Source: Candidatus Kaiserbacteria bacterium
GTDB lineage: Bacteria > Patescibacteriota > Minisyncoccia > Phycocordibacterales > UBA2100
DNA length: 64,000 nt
Direction of reading: 5' to 3'
Assembly (NCBI GenBank): GCA_027083345.1
Contig: JALWOZ010000030.1
Coordinates: forward strand, 977 to 64,976
Both the position numbers and the translations under genes were made by a program. Position 1 is the stretch's first letter, and each line of letters starts with the position of its first letter. The notes beneath the pieces were generated by a model. That model did no database searches. It was not told the DNA's origin and worked only from the letters and a program-made list of their open reading frames with translations. This document shows positions 51,724 through 59,025 of the stretch, piece after piece.

Positions 51724-52413
51724 CTATATCCCACTTAAAGGCTTAGCGTCCTTTATATCGTGCTCTCCTATTGTTAAACGCCGTAATGTAGCCGTAGTAG
51801 CAGGGTAGGGCTTACCCTCTACCAAATGACCCACTCTTTTCCCCAGTTCCTCTGACAAGCTCCTTATATAAACGCCGCTCTCCACCTCAAACAGTACTCT
51901 AGCCTCATATCCTTTAAATACCTCATCTTTACCGTGCCACAACAATGCCTCTTTTAGGTCTAGCAATACCGCATTGCGCACTGTCATATCTCGTATTGGT
52001 AGTATATACTTCTGCTTATTACGCACTTTTTTATACAAAGGCTGTCCTTTTTGCTTCACAGCACTATAGGCAGGTACAGGTAACCGCATAGTACAAACCA
52101 TTGTTTTAAGCGCTATATTAAGTGTTTCATATGTAATATCACCTATATCGCTTTCATGTGCAACTATCTCACCCTCCATGTCTCCTGTACTTCTGCTCTC
52201 TCCAATACGGACAGTAACCTCATAACTCTTGTCTAGCCCGAGTAATTCACTAGCTCTCTTTGTCTCCTCTCTACCAACTAATACAAGCATAAGTCCACTT
52301 GCGAGAGGATCTAGCGTCCCTGCGTGACCAACCTTCTTTATTCCTGTAGCACGCCGCACAGCAGCCACAACCCCAAATGAACTTATACCAACTGGCTTAT
52401 CTATAAGTAACAT
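51724..52413 (-). CDS. truB: tRNA pseudouridine(55) synthase
   Basis: IDKPVGISSF, VGHAGTLDPLASG, PAYSAVK, SGVYIRSL; real start MLLIDKP. Confidence 0.95.
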   Translation of the reverse strand: MLLIDKPVGISSFGVVAAVRRATGIKKVGHAGTLDPLASGLMLVLVGREETKRASELLGLDKSYEVTVRIGESRSTGDMEGEIVAHESDIGDITYETLNIALKTMVCTMRLPVPAYSAVKQKGQPLYKKVRNKQKYILPIRDMTVRNAVLLDLKEALLWHGKDEVFKGYEARVLFEVESGVYIRSLSEELGKRVGHLVEGKPYPATTATLRRLTIGEHDIKDAKPLSGI

Positions 52414-52483
52414 GATTAATATAATAGCGCACTTATTGCTTATATACGAATGTAGAGTATTATATTGCATACACATAATTAAT

Positions 52484-52556
52484 GCACCCATGGTGAAATT
52501 GGATATCATGCCGGCCTTCGAAGCCGTTGTTTCAGGTTCGAATCCTGATGGGTGCA
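52484..52556 (+). tRNA. tRNA-Arg(TCG)
   Basis: GCACCCA/TGGGTGC, CGGC-CTTCGAA-GCCG, GGTTCGAATCC. Confidence 0.92.
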
Positions 52557-52594
52557 CAGGCAATTGTAATATAATGGTATAATAAATTTGCATA

Positions 52595-54112
52595 ATGGTA
52601 GACATGATAGATAAAAATAAAATCCCTATAGAGGTTACACATATAACCAACAAGATTGAGGAGGCAGGCTTTGAAGCATATCTTGTAGGTGGCTGTGTAC
52701 GAGACCTGCTCTTAAGTAGAACTCCTAAAGACTGGGATGTTACAACTAATGCAAAACCAGAGGAGATTATCCACATTTTTGGAGAAGAAGAGACTTTCTA
52801 TGAGAACAGCTTTGGCACAGTAGGGGTTAAAATAAACCAAATAGAGAGTAACTCGGATCTTAAAGATGATGATGGTATAGTAGAAGTAACCCCTTATCGT
52901 ACAGAGAGTACATACTCAGACAAACGTAGACCTGATAAAGTAATATTTAGTACCTCTCTCTCTGACGACCTTAAACGCAGAGACTTTACCATAAATGCTC
53001 TGGCATATAGACAATCAAAAAGCCTATTAGTAGATGAATATAATGGCAAAAAAGACCTAGACAACAAAACAATAAAAGCAGTAGGGGACGCAAACAAGAG
53101 ATTTAATGAAGATGCTTTACGTATTATAAGAGCATTACGCCTCTCTGCTCAATTAGATTTTACTATAGACGGCGATACACTGCTTGCAATAGTCAATGCG
53201 GTAGATTTACTAAAAGTAGTTTCACATGAAAGGATGCGAGATGAATTTAATAAGATAATAATGTCTGACACTCCAGCATCTGCACTTGGGCTAGCAGAGC
53301 AATTAAAAATGTTACAGTACATAGTGCCAGAGTTAAGAGAGGGTATAAACTGTGAGCAAGGCAAAAAGGCTCATAAATACGACGTATTTGAGCATAACCT
53401 AAGAGCACTACAACATGCAGCAGACAAAGGTCTGGGCTTAGAGGAGCGCCTTGCAAGCCTCTTCCATGATATTGGCAAACCAAGGAGCAGACGAGAGAAA
53501 CCTGCCCGCCGTGGCGGGGGCAATGGATATACCTTCTATGGGCATGAGGTAATAGGAGAGAGGATGACTAAAGCGATTATGCAACGGCTCAAATATCCTA
53601 AAGACACTACCAAGCAAGTAGCCAGCCTTGTGCGTTGGCATATGTTCTTCTCTGACCCAGACATCATCACTCTCTCTGCTGTGCGTAGGATGATCACAAA
53701 TGTGGGGGAGAAGAATATACAAAAATTACTAAACATAAGAATGTGCGATAGAATAGGCAGTGGCCGTCCCAAGGAGCAGCCATTCCGCTTCCGTAAATAT
53801 CAAGCAATGGTAGACGAGGCTCTGCGCGACCCTATATCAGTCGGCATGCTCAAGATAGACGGCTCATACATAATGGAGCACCTAGGAGAGAAGCCAGGCC
53901 CACGCATAGGTTGGCTCTTACATGCACTCCTTGAGGATGTATTAGATGATCCAGAGAACAATACAGTAGAATATCTCTCAGATAAGGCAAAAACCTTATT
54001 AAAATTAGACAATAACGAGCTCAAACACTTGGGTAAAAGTGGTGCAGAAAAGCAAAAAGAAGCCGACGAAGCTGAGGTGGCAAAGCTCCGAGAGAAGCAT
54101 CACGTGTCGTAA
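52595..54112 (+). CDS. cca: CCA-adding tRNA nucleotidyltransferase with HD domain
   Basis: LVGGCVRD, DWD, RRDFTINA, EDALRIIR, HDIGK; tRNAs in this window lack an encoded CCA. Confidence 0.93.
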   Translation: MVDMIDKNKIPIEVTHITNKIEEAGFEAYLVGGCVRDLLLSRTPKDWDVTTNAKPEEIIHIFGEEETFYENSFGTVGVKINQIESNSDLKDDDGIVEVTPYRTESTYSDKRRPDKVIFSTSLSDDLKRRDFTINALAYRQSKSLLVDEYNGKKDLDNKTIKAVGDANKRFNEDALRIIRALRLSAQLDFTIDGDTLLAIVNAVDLLKVVSHERMRDEFNKIIMSDTPASALGLAEQLKMLQYIVPELREGINCEQGKKAHKYDVFEHNLRALQHAADKGLGLEERLASLFHDIGKPRSRREKPARRGGGNGYTFYGHEVIGERMTKAIMQRLKYPKDTTKQVASLVRWHMFFSDPDIITLSAVRRMITNVGEKNIQKLLNIRMCDRIGSGRPKEQPFRFRKYQAMVDEALRDPISVGMLKIDGSYIMEHLGEKPGPRIGWLLHALLEDVLDDPENNTVEYLSDKAKTLLKLDNNELKHLGKSGAEKQKEADEAEVAKLREKHHVS

Positions 54113-54130
54113 TGACTCACAAGTAATACC

Positions 54131-54259
54131 AGAGCTCTGTAGGACAAACTAGCCACGGGGTCTTGCGCAGACGGCATCGTTAATGCCTGCGAGCAGAGCC
54201 AATTTTCTCCGCAGAGAAAATATGGTGAACCCCTGGGTAGTTTCGTCCTACAGAGCTCT
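54131..54259. repeat. Long inverted-repeat-bounded element with nested hairpins
   Basis: agagctctgtaggacaaacta...tagtttcgtcctacagagctct; inner ggcat/atgcc and attttctc/gagaaaat hairpins. Confidence 0.75.
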
Positions 54260-54271
54260 AATACTTATAAA

Positions 54272-55051
54272 CTATATACTCACATCCACAGAGATAGGGC
54301 AATGGTCTGAGCCATATATACTCGTGTGTATCTGTGCACCCTTAACCTTAGACATTAGTTCCTCACTTGCAAAAATATAATCTATACGCCAGCCAACATT
54401 GCGCTCTCGTGCGCGCGTCTTCATATCCCAATACGAGTATTGCACCTTGTCGGGATTCAAATACCTAAAGGTGTCTACATATCCAAGAGCCTCCATCTCG
54501 TCTATCCACTCACGCTCCATAGGCAAGAAGCCGGTATTCTGCTCATTTGCTTTGGGTCGTGCCAGGTCCACCTCATTGTGTGCAGTATTTACATCACCCA
54601 TCCAAAGAACATTTGGTTGTCTCTTACGGACATTCTCTATAAAGGACATAAATATCTCATAGTACCCCATCTTAAAGGACAATCTCTCCGGACCACCTCC
54701 ACCGTTAGGGAAGTAGCCATTACACACTGCAAAGTCCTCAAATTCTACTGTTATAAGCCGGCCCTCACCGTCGTACTCCTCACTCCCTAATCCGTATTGC
54801 ACACTCTTAATTTTATCGGCAATCGGTTCTGCAATATACATTGCCGTACCACTGTAGCCCTTACGCTTTTTACTACTATTCCAATATGACACATATCCTT
54901 TTATCTCTCTTAGTGACTCTGGCATTTGCTCTTTTTCCATCTTTATCTCTTGCAGAGAGATTATATCTGGCTTTAAAGACACAAAATCTTCCCAAAAACC
55001 ATTACGATGCACAGCACGCAAACCATTAACATTCCAAGATACTATTCTCAT
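54272..55051 (-). CDS. xth: Exodeoxyribonuclease III
   Basis: SWNVNGLRA, LQEIK, GYSG, GDVNTAH, GWRIDY, SDHCP. Confidence 0.97.
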   Translation of the reverse strand: MRIVSWNVNGLRAVHRNGFWEDFVSLKPDIISLQEIKMEKEQMPESLREIKGYVSYWNSSKKRKGYSGTAMYIAEPIADKIKSVQYGLGSEEYDGEGRLITVEFEDFAVCNGYFPNGGGGPERLSFKMGYYEIFMSFIENVRKRQPNVLWMGDVNTAHNEVDLARPKANEQNTGFLPMEREWIDEMEALGYVDTFRYLNPDKVQYSYWDMKTRARERNVGWRIDYIFASEELMSKVKGAQIHTSIYGSDHCPISVDVSI

Positions 55052-55069
55052 AAGCAACACTATATCACA

Positions 55070-55990
55070 TTAACCTCTTTTGCGATTATGAAACGCCTTA
55101 TGCACCTCCTTGAGATGCTTGTCTGTCACGTGCGTATATACTTGAGTAGTAGATATGTTGGCGTGACCAAGTAAGGCCTGCACTGCGCGCAGGTCGGCTC
55201 CACCTTCAAGGAGGTCTGTAGCAAAGGAGTGTCTTATCACATGCGGGGTAACCTTTTTGCTAATACCAGCCTCAATAGCTCGCCTCTTGACTATCCTCTC
55301 TACAGAGCGGGGGGTAAGGCGCATATCTCCGCTCTCCTCCGCACCTTTAGCTAAGGAGATAAACATTGCCTCATCCATATCTTTACGTGCATTGAGATAC
55401 TTATTTAAGGCCTCTTTGGCAGAAGAGGAGAGGAAGACAACACGCACCTTAGAACCCTTACCGCGCACAGAGAATTCATCTCTGGTTAAATCCAAATCTC
55501 TATCTACAGAGCACAACTCCGAAACGCGCAAGCCTGTAGAGAAGAGGGTATGGAGTATCGCAGAATCTCTCAATGCCTTTAGAGTACCCGCGTCCTCCCC
55601 CTTGCTTGGCGCCTCTAGCAACCTCTTTAGCTCATCACAGGTAATGAGGTCTAGGTCTCTGTCTCCGAGCTTAGCAAGCTCTATTTTATCCGGGGCCAAA
55701 CATTTGACACCTCTCTTGCGAAGATACTTTAAGAATGAGCGCAGGGCTATAAGGTGGTAGTTTTGTGTATTCTTCTTCAACGTGTCGCCATCTGAGCCAA
55801 TTTGCCTATTGAGCCACAGTCGATATTCGCGCACAGACTGCTCTGTAATGTCTTTAGGCTTATCTGCGCCAGAGTAACCAAGGTACCTAACTAAGTATTG
55901 ATCATAATTTGCAACAGTCCTTGCGGCTCTGCCACGCTCTATCTCCAAATATTCTAGATACTCCTGCTTTAGGTCAAACAAACTTTGCAT
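55070..55990 (-). CDS. XerC/XerD-type tyrosine recombinase
   Basis: TGLRVSEL, GKGSKVR, HVIRHSFAT, LLGH..ISTTQVY. Confidence 0.93.
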   Translation of the reverse strand: MQSLFDLKQEYLEYLEIERGRAARTVANYDQYLVRYLGYSGADKPKDITEQSVREYRLWLNRQIGSDGDTLKKNTQNYHLIALRSFLKYLRKRGVKCLAPDKIELAKLGDRDLDLITCDELKRLLEAPSKGEDAGTLKALRDSAILHTLFSTGLRVSELCSVDRDLDLTRDEFSVRGKGSKVRVVFLSSSAKEALNKYLNARKDMDEAMFISLAKGAEESGDMRLTPRSVERIVKRRAIEAGISKKVTPHVIRHSFATDLLEGGADLRAVQALLGHANISTTQVYTHVTDKHLKEVHKAFHNRKRG

Positions 55991-56106
55991 TAATATAATT
56001 ATAACACCAATGAACCAATAATCTTATAAATAACTACGAGGACTTGCATTCTTGCATTAGTGGCTAATATATTGTATAATCGTGCGCACTAAGTCACAAA
56101 AATCAT

Positions 56107-56376
56107 ATGACATTAACAAAAAGAATAAAAACAGCAGCAATCAAAAAGGTACAAAAAAGTGATAAAGACACTGGCTCTGCCGGCGTACAAGTATCAATAC
56201 TATCTAAAAAAATAGACAAACTAGCTGCCCACTTAAAAAAGAACCACAAAGACACTCACTCACGCAAGGGTCTATTGCAAATGGTAGCAGACCGCCGTAA
56301 GCACCTAAAGTACCTAGAGAAAAAGGATTCAAATACCTACACAGAGCTTGTTAAGACTCTTGGCTTGAAGAAATAG
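56107..56376 (+). CDS. rpsO: 30S ribosomal protein S15
   Basis: DTGSAGVQV, HKDTHSRKGL, LGLK. Confidence 0.97.
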   Translation: MTLTKRIKTAAIKKVQKSDKDTGSAGVQVSILSKKIDKLAAHLKKNHKDTHSRKGLLQMVADRRKHLKYLEKKDSNTYTELVKTLGLKK

Positions 56377-56384
56377 CCTTTACT

Positions 56385-56540
56385 AAAACATAAGTACTAG
56401 ATCGTTGCGAGGCCATCCGCAAGATTTGGGCTTGGACGATAAATCCTACGCTTGCGTAGTGATTTATCCCAAATCTGAGGACTGTTGCTTGCTCCGCAGG
56501 AGAGCAGGCATTGCCGAGGAATGATATAGTACTTATGTTT
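56385..56540. repeat. Inverted-repeat-bounded element with nested hairpins
   Basis: aacataagtacta...tagtacttatgtt; inner agatttggg/cccaaatct, gataaatc/gatttatc, tgcttgctc/gagcaggca. Confidence 0.75.
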
Positions 56541-56589
56541 ATACATACCTCTTATATCAATTACTAATACACAATATATAATAAACACA

Positions 56590-57153
56590 ATGACAGTAAC
56601 AAAACACCCGCAACAAAGAGTTGCCATATTCATAGATACACAAAACTTATATCACAGCGCCAAGAATCTCTACGGAGCCAAGGTCAACTTTAAGAATCTC
56701 CTTGAGGATGCCGTGGCAGGCAGGCAGCTCATCCGCGCCAAGGCCTATGTGGTAGACACCGAGGGAGGGGAGGAGCAACCCTTCTTTGAAGCACTGGAGA
56801 AGCTCGGCATAGACATAAAGACAAAGGATATACAAGTCTTTGCAGGCGGAGCTAAGAAGGCCGACTGGGATGTAGGCCTAGCAATAGACGCCGTAACAAT
56901 CTCTCAAAAGATAGACGCCGTGGTACTAGCCACCGGAGATGGCGACTTTGTACCTCTTGTTAAGTACTTACAAGCACAGGAGTGCCAGGTGGAGGTTATA
57001 AGCTTTGCGCGCAGTAGCTCTGGGATGCTTATTGAGGCTGTAGACGACTTTATAGACATGGGGCAAGATAAGAGGAGGTACCTCATAGGCAACCGCCGCC
57101 GCAACTCCAACACCAAACGCAAACAATCAACTCGTAGAAATACTACAAAATAA
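56590..57153 (+). CDS. NYN domain (LabA/DUF88, PIN-like) protein
   Basis: FIDTQNLY, KADWDVGLAIDA, TGDGDFVP, DDFID. Confidence 0.93.
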   Translation: MTVTKHPQQRVAIFIDTQNLYHSAKNLYGAKVNFKNLLEDAVAGRQLIRAKAYVVDTEGGEEQPFFEALEKLGIDIKTKDIQVFAGGAKKADWDVGLAIDAVTISQKIDAVVLATGDGDFVPLVKYLQAQECQVEVISFARSSSGMLIEAVDDFIDMGQDKRRYLIGNRRRNSNTKRKQSTRRNTTK

Positions 57154-57199
57154 TCGGAATACATAGTAATTAAAGTTAAGTTAATTAGTATCACTAGTA

Positions 57200-57228
57200 T
57201 TGACTAGTGTACTAATGTGTGTTATTAT
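57200..57228 (+). promoter_or_regulatory. Sigma70 promoter with extended -10 driving the GC-rich cassette; operator-like palindrome over the -35 (57184-57216)
   Basis: TTGACT-17 bp-TATTAT preceded by TGn; attagta..cactagt/actagtg.tactaat. Confidence 0.6.
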
Positions 57229-57464
57229 TCTAGTGTAGATCAAGATGGTATTCAATCACGACATTACCTATGCAAGTGATGTTTGAGACTATTCCTTGGT
57301 TTAAAATTGTTCTTTTACAATATGATACTTAGGTTAAGACGTGGTGTTAGATATTCCACTTTGGTTTTGATTACTCGAAACCAGTGTGGAGTATCTGCTC
57401 CCGTCTGTCGAAAACGGACGTTAAACCCAGTCTCAGCCCTCGAGGGGGCGAAAGGAGAAAAGTC

Positions 57465-58526
57465 ATGATCAATACTTTAGAATATATAAACGCAATGGGT
57501 AAGGCCAGCAAAGCTGGCCTCCCCGCCGAGGATGGCGGGGTTGAATACGTCCGCCACCAACTGGCGGCCGGTAACCCAATCGATAGCGAGCGGGTGGTGC
57601 CACTCGCTATAGATGAAACGAGGGGTGTAACCCCTCTCCGGCAGGACGCTTTCGAGCGTCCCGCTCTGGCCATACCGGCCGAGTGGGGCCACCTGAGGGC
57701 GGCCCGCCTCATGATAGAGGCCGGGGCAACCACCCACGGGGTGGTATGGGACGGGTGTGAAGTACCATGGGAGGAGAAGGCGGACTGGGTCCGCGAACTT
57801 CTTTCAATGGTACCGGCTGACCAGCCGGTTCTCATACACCCGCAGTCAATCGCCGCGGGTGGTGATAGATACTCCCTCATGGAGTATCGCCCCGAGCAAG
57901 GGGTGAAGGACGGTGGGTATAATACCCGCCATCTCTTAAAAAATGACCGGGCGCTCAGCGCGCCGGTCGAGGCGCTGGCAATGATCGTTCGCGATCCGCG
58001 GGCGATCTTGGGGGGCAACTTCAAAGGCTGCAACCTGCACGCAATGCTACCGGTCATGACCGGTGCGTACCGGGGGCACTCGGTCCTTGATGCATCACCA
58101 AATTTTTATGACCTTGGTCCTTGGTCGGTGTCGGAGGAGGAGGTTACGGCCTTCTTCTGGCGACATTTTGAACACCCCCAAGAGGCGGCTGTGATAACAC
58201 AGCCCCTGCTTGGGAAACTGCTGTGGCGAGCCGTTAAGGGGCGTTCCGCGCTCGTCTACCACGACGAGCCGGACGCCCTGGTAGGATTCCACCAAGGGCT
58301 TGGAACATGCGGGCTGGCTGCCCGCATATGGCGGTGGAAGGACTACGGCCAGGAGGCGTACTACGCCTCTCTGACGAAGGTAGACGTCAGCGCCGACACA
58401 GAGGAATGGCGTCATGCAGACCCAATTCCTTTGGTGCAAAAAATCTGCCGAACAAAGGCAGAGGCGCGCACCTGGCTCGACGAGCAGGTTGCCGCTGCGG
58501 CTAAAGTCGCAGCCAAAACCGCCTGA
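57465..58526 (+). CDS. GC-rich hypothetical protein (ORFan, 353 aa)
   Basis: SD aaggag before ATG 57465; visibly higher GC than neighbours; no recognisable motif. Confidence 0.75.
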   Translation: MINTLEYINAMGKASKAGLPAEDGGVEYVRHQLAAGNPIDSERVVPLAIDETRGVTPLRQDAFERPALAIPAEWGHLRAARLMIEAGATTHGVVWDGCEVPWEEKADWVRELLSMVPADQPVLIHPQSIAAGGDRYSLMEYRPEQGVKDGGYNTRHLLKNDRALSAPVEALAMIVRDPRAILGGNFKGCNLHAMLPVMTGAYRGHSVLDASPNFYDLGPWSVSEEEVTAFFWRHFEHPQEAAVITQPLLGKLLWRAVKGRSALVYHDEPDALVGFHQGLGTCGLAARIWRWKDYGQEAYYASLTKVDVSADTEEWRHADPIPLVQKICRTKAEARTWLDEQVAAAAKVAAKTA

Positions 58527-58608
58527 GTATCAACAACGCCGGTGGGAAGCTATGCTTGCCACCGGCACGGTTAAAAGTTTCAAGGTAGGTTCTTTCCAAA
58601 AACCTCCA

Positions 58609-58687
58609 ACTCTCTTAGAGTGTGTACTCTAACTGATGAGTCCCCGACCTCCGTAACTACGGCGGGCAGGCACAAGGACGAAAGAGT
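58609..58687 (+). ncRNA. Type III hammerhead ribozyme
   Basis: actc-UC (cleavage after 58614); stem I ttagagt/actctaa; CUGAUGA; stem II gtcc/ggac; GAAA; gagt closing stem III. Confidence 0.85.
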
Positions 58688-58907
58688 CTTACAATCCAAC
58701 TAAATAAAATAAAAGTTTCAACAGAGCTCAAAAACAGGCAGGTCATCGGGAAGCCGACAAATTTGGTAAAGTTATGTAAATTTGGTACACTGACGCTATT
58801 ATAAACACGAGTTTGCAGATACAGCATTGAACTTTGCTTATATCTGATATATAAGCAAAAGACGTTCAGTTCTGCATTCTGTAAGCTCATAAAAACGTTG
58901 GTATGTA

Positions 58908-58995
58908 AGTGAGAGTGGTGGAAACAATTTTCAAACCCGGGGCAGTGGGCGGCTAGGGATAGAGGGTTTGAAAATTCGTTTGCTCCGCTCTCACT
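58908..58995. repeat. Dispersed hairpin element, family A
   Basis: Core ccggggcagtgggcggctagggatagagg identical to 38030-38058; different arms (aattttcaaaccc/gggtttgaaaatt). Confidence 0.85.
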
Positions 58996-59025
58996 ATAAG
59001 ACTTACGAATAATCACATAAACATT

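Noticed and set aside
52414-52776. Long N-terminal extension of truB in the ORF track
   Set aside because: It runs antisense through tRNA-Arg and cca; the family-typical start is at 52413
55070-55990. Tyrosine recombinase as integrase of a prophage, island or integron mobilising the GC-rich cassette
   Set aside because: Looks like a housekeeping Xer protein among core genes; no att duplication, attC array or IntI-specific insertion seen
56710-56728. gccgtggcaggcaggcagc in the NYN gene as a family C insertion
   Set aside because: It encodes an ordinary AGRQL segment of expected length with no clear indel
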